A stretch of DNA of 64,000 nucleotides from Minisyncoccia bacterium. Its GTDB lineage: Bacteria; Patescibacteriota; Minisyncoccia; UBA6257; 2-01-FULL-56-20. A program made the position numbers and the translations under genes. Where the stretch lies: contig JBEKML010000001.1 of assembly GCA_050008535.1 (NCBI GenBank), positions 2,246 to 66,245 of the forward strand, read 5' to 3'. The notes below the pieces were generated by a model. The model saw only the letters and a program-made list of their open reading frames with translations, was not told the origin of the DNA and searched no databases. Of this stretch, positions 20,649 through 31,995 are shown one piece after another. The stretch's first letter is position 1; each line of letters starts with the position of its first letter.

Positions 20649-22427
20649 TCACGCCACTTCCGCCTGGTAGCACTGTTCGCAATAGACAGTCCTGGGAAGG
20701 TCGGGAGTGTAGGGCGTTTCGAATTCATTGGGACAGTGGCCGCTGCCGTGAAAATGGCCCGCTGTATTTTTATAAACCGCATTTTCCGATCCCAAACCGG
20801 CGCATCCGCATTTCCCATGCCAAAGGTTCAACGGATTCCTTCGGCGCAATCTCTGGTAATGGCGACAGTTGGGGCATAATCGGGGCAAGGGCAGGTTCAT
20901 TCTCCGATAGAACTGCAGTTCCTGGGGAATGATGCGGAATGCGGTCGCGCATTGCTCGCTGCATTTTCCATCATGCTCGCACATTATGATTTCCTTCAAA
21001 ATGCCGTCATCCACTCCCCGTATGTTTTCGGGGAGCTTCTCCGGCAAAAGCGTTGCCGAGTAGTTCTTTTCCGCCAGATTTTTCCATAGGTATCCAGCCT
21101 TCTTTGCTTCGTCGCTCGTCAACGGAAAATATTCTTGTGCGATGGTTTCGTTGTAGGCAAAGGGGGAAATCTCAGTGGGCAGAAATTCGCCATATCCATA
21201 CTGTCTTCCTGCGCTACCAACGTAAGGATGGATCCGCACATACTCTTCGATCTTTGGAGCAAGCGTTTCATATTCTTCCTTGGAATACTGGGTGTTCAGA
21301 ATGCAATATGATTTTTGGCGAAGCCCTATGCATCCGAAACAATGCTCGCAACCGTGACAACTGTGGGAATAACGGCAATCCGAAGAAGCGTATACCGTTA
21401 TCGTCCCCAGATTATTTTGCCCCACGTTTGAATCAATGTTTTCATAACCAAAATTGTTTTTCCACTGTCCCATGCTGTCATATGACTCTTTCAGATCCGC
21501 GCTCCACCCTATAAACTTTGCATCCTCCACATTCCCCATCAGATCAAAACAAAAGCGGGCGTTCTTTGAGTTGTAGATGTTGTCTCCGGTGCAATTGACC
21601 GATGCTATTATATTCCCATACCGGCGTATTGCTTTATCAAAGATCTCATCCTGCACCCGCGCGGCGATGCGCGAGAGCGACGAACGATTTTCCAAATCGA
21701 ATTCCTTGAGCTTCTTTTCGTATTCTTCTTTTGAATACTGCTCGTTGAATAGGCAATGCGATTTGCCGACCAGGTTCGCGCATCCGAAGCAATCCGAGCA
21801 ATTGCGGCAGTTCAGAAGAAAATATGAATCCCGGCATGTTTCGCAGTTCGTGCAGAAAAGAAGATGGTAAGAGCCGGAACAGTTCACGCACTCATAGCAC
21901 AGTTCTGATTCGTGGAGGATATAGCAATCCTCGCTGTCCCGCGATTTCCATGCCCGGGCATAAGCGACGTTTTCACAAAAACCGGTTCCAAAAACCAAAT
22001 AGCAGTTTTTATTATCGCTGACAAAATTCGCATAATCACTGTTTACGGAATTGATATTGGAAAGCGCCTGAAGCGGAACCTTCCGGAACAGATCCCCGAA
22101 TTGTTCAAAAAATGGTTTTTCAAAATCATACTTCTGCCCGAAATCCAACGGATTCCATCGGTCCGACCACCAACACTCTCGGCAATAGGAAATTACCTTT
22201 GATTCCGGAGCATACATGGAAATGATGGATTTTCCGCATAGTCCGCACACGGCTTGGTATAAGCTCCTTTCGTTGCGCCACGTCATTCTCCGCACCATGC
22301 GGCACCGGGGGCAGAATGTCGGCGGCGGAACTTTTATCTTCGTATAGAAATCAAAATCTTCGGGTTCAATCGTGAATTGTGTTTTGCAATTCTTACATAC
22401 CCGATTTTCGGAATTCATGTCTCTCAT
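20649..22427 (-). CDS. Cysteine-rich repeat protein, paralog A (unknown function).
   Basis: 592 aa with the same architecture as paralog B, about 50-55% identity by eye, and an identical C-terminus (VYCEQCYQAEVA). The two 3'-terminal DNA segments are near-identical. Confidence 0.6.
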   Translation of the reverse strand: MRDMNSENRVCKNCKTQFTIEPEDFDFYTKIKVPPPTFCPRCRMVRRMTWRNERSLYQAVCGLCGKSIISMYAPESKVISYCRECWWSDRWNPLDFGQKYDFEKPFFEQFGDLFRKVPLQALSNINSVNSDYANFVSDNKNCYLVFGTGFCENVAYARAWKSRDSEDCYILHESELCYECVNCSGSYHLLFCTNCETCRDSYFLLNCRNCSDCFGCANLVGKSHCLFNEQYSKEEYEKKLKEFDLENRSSLSRIAARVQDEIFDKAIRRYGNIIASVNCTGDNIYNSKNARFCFDLMGNVEDAKFIGWSADLKESYDSMGQWKNNFGYENIDSNVGQNNLGTITVYASSDCRYSHSCHGCEHCFGCIGLRQKSYCILNTQYSKEEYETLAPKIEEYVRIHPYVGSAGRQYGYGEFLPTEISPFAYNETIAQEYFPLTSDEAKKAGYLWKNLAEKNYSATLLPEKLPENIRGVDDGILKEIIMCEHDGKCSEQCATAFRIIPQELQFYRRMNLPLPRLCPNCRHYQRLRRRNPLNLWHGKCGCAGLGSENAVYKNTAGHFHGSGHCPNEFETPYTPDLPRTVYCEQCYQAEVA

Positions 22428-22455
22428 TATACATTTACTCCCCAGACAGGACTAC

Positions 22456-23136
22456 CTAGACGCCGAGCACTTTCCTCGCGATGGCCCACACTTTTTCGTG
22501 GATCTCGTCCGGCGTGAGGAGAATACCCCCGGGAGCGCATTCTACCACCTGAAAATCCCCCGGAAAAAGCTCCGCAATTTCTAAATACACTTCTTCTGCC
22601 CGCTTCAGATCAGCAAGGTCGGGCTCGGGAAGATCGTGTTTTTTCCCGTCAAGATATCCGCGTCCGCTTCTTTTTGCGACCAGTTCATAAGAAACCTCCG
22701 CCGGCACACGGAGGACAATATTGAGATCCGGTTTGGGAATCCCGAAAATGCCATATTCAAGGTCGTAGAGCCACTTATAAAATTTCTCGCGCTCGTTTCT
22801 TGTTCCTATCTTCCCTCCCTGGTGCCCCATGTTGGACGCCACATAACGGTTCGCAATAATAGCCCGTCCTTCCGCGATCCACTGGGACAGCTTCAGCTTC
22901 ACATCAAAACGGTCGACGGCATAAAACACCGATGCTGCGTAGGGACCGACCTCGCCGCCGTACTTTCCGGTGAGATATTTCTGGACGAAATAAGAAGAGG
23001 GTTCGCCGTATTGCGGGAAGTCAAGCGTTCCCACTTTTGTACCCTCGGGAAGCGCAAGGACAAGCCGCTCAAACTGAACAGTTTTCCCCGAACCATCGGT
23101 TCCCTCAATAACGATGAATTTCCCGCGTTGGTCCAT
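22456..23136 (-). CDS. tmk: Thymidylate kinase of eukaryotic/archaeal-like type.
   Basis: P-loop FIVIEGTDGSGKTVQ, then LDFPQYGEPSSYFVQKYL and a DRY-like RYVASN motif, resembling human TMPK more than E. coli Tmk. Confidence 0.65.
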   Translation of the reverse strand: MDQRGKFIVIEGTDGSGKTVQFERLVLALPEGTKVGTLDFPQYGEPSSYFVQKYLTGKYGGEVGPYAASVFYAVDRFDVKLKLSQWIAEGRAIIANRYVASNMGHQGGKIGTRNEREKFYKWLYDLEYGIFGIPKPDLNIVLRVPAEVSYELVAKRSGRGYLDGKKHDLPEPDLADLKRAEEVYLEIAELFPGDFQVVECAPGGILLTPDEIHEKVWAIARKVLGV

Positions 23137-23173
23137 AAGGATTTATTACATTATAGAACAAAAATAAGCAACT

Positions 23174-23219
23174 AAAACAAACCGCTTAGTTATGACGGCG
23201 AAATACTGCGGTTTGTTTT
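23174..23219 (-). terminator. Intrinsic-terminator-like hairpin downstream of rplK (11-bp stem aaacaaaccgc/gcggtttgttt). A TATAAT for tmk follows immediately.
   Basis: A hairpin followed on the minus strand by the T-rich tract ttagttgcttatttttgttc. ttctataatgtaataaatcc then precedes the tmk ATG. Confidence 0.4.
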
Positions 23220-23226
23220 ATTGCGC

Positions 23227-23652
23227 CTAATCCACCACCTCAATCCCCATATTCCTCGCGGTGCCGCGGATGATCCGCTCTGCCGCATCAAGATCGGTCG
23301 TATTCAGATCGGGAAGTTTTTTCTCCGCGATGGCGCGCACGTCGGCTTTGGTCACTTTCCCCACTTTTGTCGTAAGCGGGTTAGCGGAACCCTTCTCAAT
23401 GCCCGCGGCTTTTTTCAAAAGCGCTGCTGCAGGCGGAGTTTTTAAAATAAACCTGAAGCTGCGGTCTTCAAAAATCGTAATCTCGGCGGGAACGATATCC
23501 CCTTTCATATCCTTCGTCGCATCATTGAATTGCTTGCAGAACTCCTGCAAGTTGATGCCTTGTGGGCCGAGCACGGTGCCAACCGGCGGCGCCGGGTTCG
23601 CCGCGCCCGCCGGCAATTGAAGCTTAATGACTGTTTTTACTTTCTTGGCCAT
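23227..23652 (-). CDS. rplK: 50S ribosomal protein L11.
   Basis: [43 protein letters not shown]... is the canonical L11; 141 aa. Confidence 0.95.
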   Translation of the reverse strand: MAKKVKTVIKLQLPAGAANPAPPVGTVLGPQGINLQEFCKQFNDATKDMKGDIVPAEITIFEDRSFRFILKTPPAAALLKKAAGIEKGSANPLTTKVGKVTKADVRAIAEKKLPDLNTTDLDAAERIIRGTARNMGIEVVD

Positions 23653-23750
23653 TGGTAGGTATGGTATCCCACAACGACAGGGAAATCAAGCGTTCTGGCG
23701 TCGTGGCTCCCGGCGGGCGAGTGGGCCCAATCCGCATCCGCACATTATTG

Positions 23751-24017
23751 CTACCGACGCTTATACCGAGCGGATAAAATAATGACTGTGAGCAATGCGA
23801 GAGATTCTAAAATTGTAAGTGTCATAAAAACAACATCCTTTTCGTGTATGGCATACGCGACCAGAATGAGCGCGCCAAAAAGCCAAATAAACCACGCGGG
23901 GATATCGATACCGGTAGAATCTTTAACTTTGAGCAAGTGGATGATCTGTGGCGCGTAAGCCGATACAAAAACAATAGAAGCGATCAATCCAAGACTTTGA
24001 AAAACTGCGTCATTCAT
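23751..24017 (-). CDS. PQ-loop small membrane protein (bacterial SemiSWEET-like sugar transporter).
   Basis: 88 aa with three TM helices and a PQ motif (YAPQIIHLL) in TM1. Confidence 0.55.
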   Translation of the reverse strand: MNDAVFQSLGLIASIVFVSAYAPQIIHLLKVKDSTGIDIPAWFIWLFGALILVAYAIHEKDVVFMTLTILESLALLTVIILSARYKRR

Positions 24018-24092
24018 GGACGGTTCCCTTTTCTAAAAGATTGGTAGTGCGCGGGGCAGGATTCGAACAGTAGTAAAACAACCACTTGCGTA

Positions 24093-24599
<507 letters not shown>

Positions 24600-24648
24600 C
24601 TAGCACATATGTCATTAAAATTCTCTTAAAGAAAACTTGACACGGAAT

Positions 24649-24728
24649 CATGATAGCGTGAGTTGTAGTGTTTGGCCGGCAGCCCTTCTTAGTACTGACG
24701 GCAAAACACTACAACTCACGCTATCATG
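24649..24728. repeat. Conserved-loop hairpin, copy 2. A 34-bp stem with two G:A mismatches carries the loop CCCTTCTTAGTA. It lies between rpsF and ssb.
   Basis: catgatagcgtgagttgtagtgttt... pairs with ...aaacactacaactcacgctatcatg. The loop is identical to copy 1 although the stem is unrelated. Confidence 0.85.
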
Positions 24729-24729
24729 G

Positions 24730-25152
24730 TCACTGCGAGATTTCCTCAATCTTTTTCTCCAATGCCTCGTTCGAAAGCGGAGACGGAACGGGCGGCCGGG
24801 CTTCAACGGGCGGCCTCCCTCTTTTCGGTAAAGGAAAAGGCGGCGCGGTGAGCGGCTGTCTTTCTGCTTGCGGAGGCGCGACGAGCACGAGGAACCTGAT
24901 TATTTCCTCGCGCATCCCGAGATCGCGTTCAATTTGCTTCGCGTCCTCGCCGGTCATCCTCACGACATAAGACATGAACATCGCTTCGGTCATGCCTTTT
25001 ATCTTATAGGCAAGCGCGAGTTTTTTTATGCGGGGCTCCGATACCGTTTCGCCGTTGTGCTGGCGGACCAATTCAAGCACGCGCGCCGCATCGCTCTCGC
25101 TTTTCAAAAGCAGTGCGAGCTCGTATATTTTCTTGTCTTTTTCTTCGTCCAT
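24730..25152 (-). CDS. rpsF: 30S ribosomal protein S6.
   Basis: KIYELALLLKSE...IKKLALAYKIKG..EAMFMSYV matches the S6 fold consensus. It lies upstream of ssb in the classic rpsF-ssb arrangement. Confidence 0.8.
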   Translation of the reverse strand: MDEEKDKKIYELALLLKSESDAARVLELVRQHNGETVSEPRIKKLALAYKIKGMTEAMFMSYVVRMTGEDAKQIERDLGMREEIIRFLVLVAPPQAERQPLTAPPFPLPKRGRPPVEARPPVPSPLSNEALEKKIEEISQ

Positions 25153-25173
25153 AGCGTGGGTATTATAATCGAA

Positions 25174-28100
25174 TTATTCCTTAGCGGCAAGGGTGGTCTT
25201 TTCTGCATCAGCTTCAAGTTCATGGAGCACCTCGCGGCCCGATTCCCTATCCCCCGCAGGGATGAGACGGCCGATGATCACGTTTTCTTTGAGCCCGCGG
25301 AGTTTGTCCACTTTTGCCTCAATTGCGGCCTTCACGAGCACGCGCGCGGTATCCTGGAACGATGCCGCAGAAAGGAAGCTCTCAGCCGAAAGCGCGATGC
25401 GCGTGATCCCAAGGAGCACCTCGTCCGCTTTCGCAGGCTGCCCGCCCTGTTTTTTGATCTCGCGGTTCACCTCCAAAAACTTCGCCTTCTCGACGATCTC
25501 GCCCATCACAAAGTCCGGTGCATCGCCCCCGTCGCGGATCTTCACGCGCGAGAACATCTGCCGCACGATCATTTCAATGTGTTTATTGTTGATCGAGGCG
25601 CCCTCCGAGAGATAGATCTTTTGCACTTCGTTCACGATATAACGGGCCACCGCAAGCGCGCCCCTGTGCTCGTATAACTCATGGATATCCAGGTTCCCCT
25701 CGGAAAGCAGGTCGCCCTTCCGGATCTTGTCCCCCGCTTTCGCATAAAGCACGGTGCTGCGCGGGACGGCGATCTCCTGGGCCTTTGTTTTCTTGTTCTC
25801 GGAAATAAGACGGAGCACTTTCTGGGAACCTCTTTCCTCCACTTTCTCCACCGATCCATCAAAAGGCGCGAGCACGGCGCGGCCCTTCGGCGAGCGCATC
25901 TCGAAAATTTCTTCCACGCGCGGCAAACCGTGCGTAATGTCCGCGCCCGCCACGCCTCCCGCGTGGAACGTGCGCATCGTAAGCTGCGTTCCCGGTTCCC
26001 CGATGGACTGCGCCGCAAGCACTCCTGCCGCAGCGCCGATCTTCACCGGTTCGTTTACGCCAAGATCATATCCGTAACACTTGGCGCAAATACCGTAAAA
26101 TGTCCTGCAGGTGATGGGCGACCGCACGGTAACCGCATCCAGCTTGGATTGTTCGATAAGTTCCGCCGCCGCTTTGTCTATGATCTCTCCGGCCCGCGCA
26201 ACAACTTTGTGCCCGATCCGGATATCATCAAGCGCCGCGCGGGAGAACAAACGGGAAGAAAAGCTCTGGTTGAATTCCTTGCCGTCGGCGCGCAAAATCT
26301 CGATCCCCTCTTTCGCCCTGCAATCTTCTTCGCGGACCGTGAGGTCCTGGGCCACATCCACCAAGCGCCGCGTCAGGTAGCCGGCCTGCGCCGTCTTCAA
26401 AGCGGTGTCGGTGGTTCCTTTCCGCGCGCCGTGCGTAGAAATGAAGTATTCCAAAACCGAGAGCCCTTCTTTAAGCGACGACCGCACGGGGAGCTCGATG
26501 GTTTCTCCTTTCGGGTTCTGCACGAGCCCTTTCATGCCCATCATCTGGATCGGCTGGGACCATGAACCGCGCGAGCCGGAATCCACCATCTGATAGATAG
26601 CATTGTCCACCGACAAAACGACCGAGACGAGCTTCGCAAGCTCGCCCTTCGCCCTGTCCCACACACTGATTACGCGCGCCTTGCGCTCAGAGGACGTAAG
26701 AAGCCCCTCGCGGTATTGTTCCCGTATCAAACCCACCTCTTCGTCGGCCTTCCGCATGATCTCGCCTTTTTCGGTAGGAATAATAAGGTCGGCCATTGCC
26801 CATGTGATGCCCGAGACCGTTGCCATCTCAAAGCCAAGCAGTTTCACGCCGTCCAAAATCTCGCGCGCCGTATCGAGCCCGTGCACGTCAAGGATCTTCT
26901 CGATGATCTTTTTGAGTTTTTTGCTTGTCACCGTCTCGTTCACGAACTCAACTGTCCCGTGAAGTACTTCATTGAAGATCAAGCGGCCGAGCGTGGTATC
27001 GATGCCCTTCACGCGGATCGCCGAATGGAGCGTGACCACGTTATTTTCGTAGGCAAGAAGCGCCTCTTCGACGCCGAGCATCGGTTTTGCGGCATCCCCT
27101 TTCGAGGACGGGCGGGTGAGATAATAAACGCCGAGCACCATATCTTTTGTGGGAGCGGCAATAAGCTCGCCGGTTGCGGGCTTCAAAAGCCCCTTCCCTG
27201 CCGCCATGATCTCTACGGCTTCCTTTTGCGCAAAATCGGAAAGCGGAAGATGAACCGCCATCTGGTCGCCGTCAAAGTCGGCATTGAACGCGGAACAGAC
27301 GAGCGCGGGGATCTTTATCGCAAGCCCCTCAACAAGAAGCGGCTTGAAGGCCTGCACGGAGAGCCGGTGCAGGGTCGGCGCGCGGTTCAAAAGCACGCGT
27401 TTGCCCTTAATGATCTCTTCCAGAATTCCCAACACTTCCGGCGTATGTTCTTCAATATAGCGCGACGCGCTCCGGATGTTGTGCGCAAGGCCGCGCTTGA
27501 TGATCTCGCCAATCACGAACGGGCGGAAAAGCTCCAGCGCCATCCGCTTCGGCAAACCACATTCGTCAATTTTTAAATTGGGACCCACGACAATGACCGA
27601 CCGGCCGGAATAATCCACGCGCTTCCCGAGCAAGTTCTGGCGGAAACGGCCCTGCTTCCCTTTCAACATGTCGGCCAGGGAACGCAAAGGACGCCGCTGC
27701 GCCGAGAGCTGCTGGGTGCCGAAGCGGGCGGAATTATCAATTAGGGCGTCCACCGCTTCTTGAAGCATGCGCTTCTCGTTGCGGATAATGACGTCCGGCG
27801 CCTTGATCTCCAGGAGCTTTTTCAAGCGGTTGTTGCGGTTGATCACGCGGCGGTAAAGGTCGTTCAGGTCGGAAGTTGCGTACCGTCCGCCGTCCAGGGC
27901 CACCATGGGCCGAAGGTCCGGCGGGAGGACCGGAAGCACCGTCATCACCATCCATTCCGGACGGCTGCCGTTCCGGATCATTGATTTGAGCATCTTCAGG
28001 CGCCGCAGGAGCTTGCTTTGCGCAAGAGGGTCCTTTGCGTTTTCCAGTTGCGCCTCAACGCCTTGCACTTCCTTCCGAAGGTCCAATTTTTCCAAAATTT

Positions 28101-31100
28101 GTTTTACGGCCTCGGCGCCGCTCCCCGCCTTGAAAATACTCCCGAACCTCCGCGAGAGCGAGAAATATTCGTTCTCCGAAAGGATCTGGCCAACGTGAAG
28201 ATTTTCCAAATATTCTTTCGTCGTGTCGGCGGCCTCCAAGATCTCTCCTTTTACCATCTTATCCTTATTGCCGACGGTCTTCAGCTTGCCCTTGAGCTCG
28301 CGCTCAAGGTCCGCAAGCGCAACTTTGCGGTTTTCCTCTTTTATCTCCGTGATGATGTAGGCCGAGTAATAAATGACGCGCTCAAGCTTCTGCGAAGAAA
28401 CGTCAAGGGCGAGCGCAAGGCGCGAAGGGATGCTCTTCAAGAACCAGATATGCGAGACAGGAGCGGCAAGCGCGATGTGGCCGATGCGCTCGCGCCGCAC
28501 CGCCGCGCGCGTGACCTCCACGCCGCACTTATCGCAGATCACGCCCTTGTAGCGGATCCGGCGATACTTGCCGCAATAGCACTCATAGTCCTTCGTAGGG
28601 CCGAAGATGCGTTCGGAGAACAAGCCGTCCTTCTCGGGGCGCTGCGTCCGATAATTGATGGTCTCCGGTTTTATCACCTCCCCATGGGACCATTTCAAAA
28701 TATCTTCCGACGACGCGACGCTGATCTTCAATGCGGAGAAATCATCTTTACGATCGGTTTCTGTCTCATACAGCGGCTGGATATTGAATCCAAGCGATTT
28801 AAGTTCGTTCACAAGCACATTGAAGGACGCCGGAATGTTCGGCTCCTTGATCTGCTCGCTGCGTATGATGGACTCGTACGCCGCTGCGCGGCCCAGGACG
28901 TCGTCGGACTTGATCGTGAGCATTTCCTGGAGCGTGTGGCGCGCGCCGTAGCCTTCAAGGGCCCACACCTCCATTTCGCCGAACCGTTGGCCGCCGAACT
29001 GCGCCTTCCCACCCAGCGGCTGCTGGGTGATCAAAGAGTACGGACCGATGGAACGCATGTGCGCCTTGTCTTCCACAAGATGGTTCAGCTTCATCATGTA
29101 CACCTGCCCCACGGTCACCCGGCTTTCAAAAGGTTCGCCGGTGCGGCCGTCAAAGAGCTTCACTTTGCCGTCCTCGGGCAGTCCCGCCTTCGCGAGTTCC
29201 TCGCGGATCTCCGCTTCCGTCGCCGAGTCCAGTCCCGGCGTGATCGCGCGGTATCCCAACTTTGAAGCCGCCCACCCCAAGTGGGTCTCCAGGATCTGGC
29301 CGAGGTTCATGCGCGAGATGACGCCCAACGGGTTCAAAACGATGTCCACCGGCGTGCCGTCCTCCAAATAGGGCATGTCTTCCGCCGCGCGCACCTGCGA
29401 GATGACGCCCTTGTTCCCGTGGCGCCCGGCAAGCTTGTCGCCCGACTGGACCTTCCGGAGTTCCGCGATCTCCACCTGAATGCGGCGGATGATCCCCGGC
29501 TCCAGCTTGTCGCCGCGCTCCCGGTCAAAGATCTTCACGTTCACCACGCGGCCCAGTTTCCCGTGCGGAAGGATAAGCGAGGTATCTTTCACGTCCCGCG
29601 CCTTCTCGCCGAAGATCGCACGGAGCAGGCGCTCTTCCGACGTCAGTTCCGATTCGCCCTTCGGCGAAATTTTCCCGACCAAAATGTCGCCGGCTTTGAC
29701 CTCGGCGCCGATGCGGATGATCCCCTCCTCGTCAAGATTTTTCAATTTGTCTTCCGAAACATTGGGGATATCGTAGGTGGTGACTTCCGGCCCTAATTTC
29801 GTGTCGCGTACGTCGCAATCATAATTATCAATATGGATGGAGGTGAAAAGGTCGTCGCGGACCACGCGTTCGGAAAGAACGATGGCATCCTCAAAATTCG
29901 CGCCTTCCCACGAGACGAAGGCAACAAGAAGATTCTGGCCCAGGGCGAGCACTCCGTGATCGATCGACGGACCGTCAGCGAGAATCTCTCCTTTTGCGAC
30001 CGCCTGCCCCGTAACGACGAGCGGTTTCTGCGAAATGCACGTGAATTGGTTGGAGCGTTTGAACTTTTCAAGAACGTAGTTTTTGGTCACCCTGCCATAC
30101 TTCACCTTAAGATGGTTCCCGTCGGCCTCAAGCACGGTCCCTTTGTCCTCGGCGACGATCACATAGCCCGAATCAAGCGCCACCCGCTCTTCCTCCCCCG
30201 TCGAAACATAGGGGGCGTCGGGCTTCACGGACACCACGGCCTGCCGTTGCATGTTCGAACCCATGAGCGCGCGGTTTGCATCGTCGTGCTGGAGGAAGGG
30301 AATAAGCGCGGTCGCAACCGAGATGAACTCGTTCGGAGCGACGTCGATAAGGTCTATTTCTTCCGGCGTGCAGGTTCCCGGCTCGCCTTTAATGCGCGCT
30401 TCCACGATCGGTCCTTTCAAGCGGTCTCCCTCGCGCGGGGTACCGGCATGGGTGATCTTGTATTTTTCTTCTTCCGAAGCATCGAACCAAACGATCTCGT
30501 TCGTAACGCGGCCGTCTTTTACCTTTGCATACGGCGCCTCCAAAAATCCAAAATCGTTGATGCGCGTAAAGCTTGCAAGATAATTGATAAGGCCTATGTT
30601 CGATCCCTCCGGCGTTTGGATCGGGCAGATACGGCCGTAGTGCGAGCGATGGACGTCGCGCACCTCAAAGCTCGCGCGTTCGCGCGTGAGGCCGCCGGGG
30701 CCGAGCGCCGAAATCCTCCGCTTATGCTCCAATTCCGCAAGCGGGTTCACCTGGTCCATGAACTGCGAAAGCTGCGAAGAAGCGAAAAACTCCTTGATGA
30801 CCGCGGCGATCGGACGGAAGTTCACGAGCTGCGACGGCATCAAATGATCTTTATCTTCCGTGGACATCCGGTCCTGGATGATCCTCCGCAAGCGCGCGAG
30901 CCCGATCCGGAGGCGGCCCTGCAAAAGCTCTCCCACGGTCTTCAGGCGGCGGTTGCCCAAGTGGTCGATGTCATCCTCTTCGGCCTCGGCATTGTTATTC
31001 AAAGAGATGATCTCTTTTACGATCCCAATGAGGTCCTCGGCATCCAAAAGTTTGTTGTTCTTCTTGCGATCCAGATCCAGGCGCTGGTTCATCTTGTAGC

Positions 31101-31905
31101 GGCCGACCTCCGAGAGGTCATAGCGATCAGGGCGATGGAACATCGCGTCAATGAGGCTTTTTGCCGTTTCCGCGCCCGCAGGGTCGCCCGGCCGCAAGCG
31201 GCGGTAGATCTCGATATACGACTCGGTCGTGTCTTTTGCGACGTCTTTTTTGAACGTCGCTTCGATGAATTTCACCGGGCCATTATCCATCTTCTCGAAT
31301 GCGGCCCCGATCTTTTCGTTGTCCAACCCGAATATACGAAGGATGTCCGTCACCGGCACTTTCCTCCGGCGGTCGATCTTCACGCCGATTTCGCCGTTCA
31401 CGTCGGTTTCGAATTCAAGCCAGGCGCCGCGCGAAGGAATGATCTTCGCGCCGAAAAGCTGCCGGCCGCGATAGGGCACCGCCGTGAAATACACGCCGGC
31501 GGAACGCACGAGCTGTGAAACCACCACGCGCTCAACGCCGTTCACGATGAACGTTCCGCGGCTTGTCATGATCGGGAAATCGCCGAAGTACACCTCTTGC
31601 TCTTCCGTCCTCCCCGTCCGCTTGTTCACCAGTTTCAAAGTGCACCGCAAGGGTGCTTCATACGTCGCTTCTTTGTACCGCGCCGTCGCCTCGTCATATT
31701 TCGGTTCGTCGAAACGATAGTTGGTAAAGGAAAGTTCGAACTCCTTGCCCGTGTGATCGCGGACCGGCGAAATTTCCACAAGGAGCTCCTGCAGCCCTTT
31801 ACCCAAAAACCACTGATACGACTTCAGTTGCGCTTCATTCAAATTGAATGGCGCAATAAGGGATTTCGATTTCGAAAAGTCTTTTATTTTGGAAAATTTT
31901 GCCAT
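25174..31905 (-). CDS. rpoBC: DNA-directed RNA polymerase beta-beta' fusion (rpoB and rpoC in one continuous frame). The start is taken at ATG 31905 ([10 protein letters not shown]...).
   Basis: N-terminal half is RpoB (rifampicin-region and GEMEVWALE-like motifs). The RpoB C-terminal end ...[24 protein letters not shown] runs without a stop into the RpoC N-terminus ...[40 protein letters not shown] (zinc finger), through NADFDGDQM to the C-terminus. Total 2243 aa. Confidence 0.85.
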   Translation of the reverse strand: MAKFSKIKDFSKSKSLIAPFNLNEAQLKSYQWFLGKGLQELLVEISPVRDHTGKEFELSFTNYRFDEPKYDEATARYKEATYEAPLRCTLKLVNKRTGRTEEQEVYFGDFPIMTSRGTFIVNGVERVVVSQLVRSAGVYFTAVPYRGRQLFGAKIIPSRGAWLEFETDVNGEIGVKIDRRRKVPVTDILRIFGLDNEKIGAAFEKMDNGPVKFIEATFKKDVAKDTTESYIEIYRRLRPGDPAGAETAKSLIDAMFHRPDRYDLSEVGRYKMNQRLDLDRKKNNKLLDAEDLIGIVKEIISLNNNAEAEEDDIDHLGNRRLKTVGELLQGRLRIGLARLRRIIQDRMSTEDKDHLMPSQLVNFRPIAAVIKEFFASSQLSQFMDQVNPLAELEHKRRISALGPGGLTRERASFEVRDVHRSHYGRICPIQTPEGSNIGLINYLASFTRINDFGFLEAPYAKVKDGRVTNEIVWFDASEEEKYKITHAGTPREGDRLKGPIVEARIKGEPGTCTPEEIDLIDVAPNEFISVATALIPFLQHDDANRALMGSNMQRQAVVSVKPDAPYVSTGEEERVALDSGYVIVAEDKGTVLEADGNHLKVKYGRVTKNYVLEKFKRSNQFTCISQKPLVVTGQAVAKGEILADGPSIDHGVLALGQNLLVAFVSWEGANFEDAIVLSERVVRDDLFTSIHIDNYDCDVRDTKLGPEVTTYDIPNVSEDKLKNLDEEGIIRIGAEVKAGDILVGKISPKGESELTSEERLLRAIFGEKARDVKDTSLILPHGKLGRVVNVKIFDRERGDKLEPGIIRRIQVEIAELRKVQSGDKLAGRHGNKGVISQVRAAEDMPYLEDGTPVDIVLNPLGVISRMNLGQILETHLGWAASKLGYRAITPGLDSATEAEIREELAKAGLPEDGKVKLFDGRTGEPFESRVTVGQVYMMKLNHLVEDKAHMRSIGPYSLITQQPLGGKAQFGGQRFGEMEVWALEGYGARHTLQEMLTIKSDDVLGRAAAYESIIRSEQIKEPNIPASFNVLVNELKSLGFNIQPLYETETDRKDDFSALKISVASSEDILKWSHGEVIKPETINYRTQRPEKDGLFSERIFGPTKDYECYCGKYRRIRYKGVICDKCGVEVTRAAVRRERIGHIALAAPVSHIWFLKSIPSRLALALDVSSQKLERVIYYSAYIITEIKEENRKVALADLERELKGKLKTVGNKDKMVKGEILEAADTTKEYLENLHVGQILSENEYFSLSRRFGSIFKAGSGAEAVKQILEKLDLRKEVQGVEAQLENAKDPLAQSKLLRRLKMLKSMIRNGSRPEWMVMTVLPVLPPDLRPMVALDGGRYATSDLNDLYRRVINRNNRLKKLLEIKAPDVIIRNEKRMLQEAVDALIDNSARFGTQQLSAQRRPLRSLADMLKGKQGRFRQNLLGKRVDYSGRSVIVVGPNLKIDECGLPKRMALELFRPFVIGEIIKRGLAHNIRSASRYIEEHTPEVLGILEEIIKGKRVLLNRAPTLHRLSVQAFKPLLVEGLAIKIPALVCSAFNADFDGDQMAVHLPLSDFAQKEAVEIMAAGKGLLKPATGELIAAPTKDMVLGVYYLTRPSSKGDAAKPMLGVEEALLAYENNVVTLHSAIRVKGIDTTLGRLIFNEVLHGTVEFVNETVTSKKLKKIIEKILDVHGLDTAREILDGVKLLGFEMATVSGITWAMADLIIPTEKGEIMRKADEEVGLIREQYREGLLTSSERKARVISVWDRAKGELAKLVSVVLSVDNAIYQMVDSGSRGSWSQPIQMMGMKGLVQNPKGETIELPVRSSLKEGLSVLEYFISTHGARKGTTDTALKTAQAGYLTRRLVDVAQDLTVREEDCRAKEGIEILRADGKEFNQSFSSRLFSRAALDDIRIGHKVVARAGEIIDKAAAELIEQSKLDAVTVRSPITCRTFYGICAKCYGYDLGVNEPVKIGAAAGVLAAQSIGEPGTQLTMRTFHAGGVAGADITHGLPRVEEIFEMRSPKGRAVLAPFDGSVEKVEERGSQKVLRLISENKKTKAQEIAVPRSTVLYAKAGDKIRKGDLLSEGNLDIHELYEHRGALAVARYIVNEVQKIYLSEGASINNKHIEMIVRQMFSRVKIRDGGDAPDFVMGEIVEKAKFLEVNREIKKQGGQPAKADEVLLGITRIALSAESFLSAASFQDTARVLVKAAIEAKVDKLRGLKENVIIGRLIPAGDRESGREVLHELEADAEKTTLAAKE

Positions 31906-31995
31906 CAAAATAAAGTTTTTTATAATGAAAAAGTTTGCTCCCCTCCAACGCACAAAAAACGGCTCCCTTCTCTTTTTTCAAGAAGTCCGTTCTAA

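Noticed and set aside
24036-24092. Possible tRNA or tmRNA gene between SemiSWEET and ssb (GGCAGGATTCGAAC motif).
   Set aside because: Only a T-arm/acceptor 3' half can be drawn. There is no 5' acceptor strand, D arm or anticodon arm. It is recorded as a remnant in the findings rather than annotated as a gene.
25193-31720. Many plus-strand ORFs up to 560 aa (for example 29833-31518, 28018-29265, 25681-26565).
   Set aside because: They are antisense to the 6.7-kb rpoBC gene. The Arg/Leu/His-rich composition and lack of motifs mark them as spurious.
25174-31953. Treating the rpoB-rpoC fusion as a sequencing or frameshift artefact and splitting it into two genes.
   Set aside because: The frame is continuous with a plausible conserved-length linker and no internal start or SD for rpoC. 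I annotated it as a fusion but flag read-level verification in the findings.
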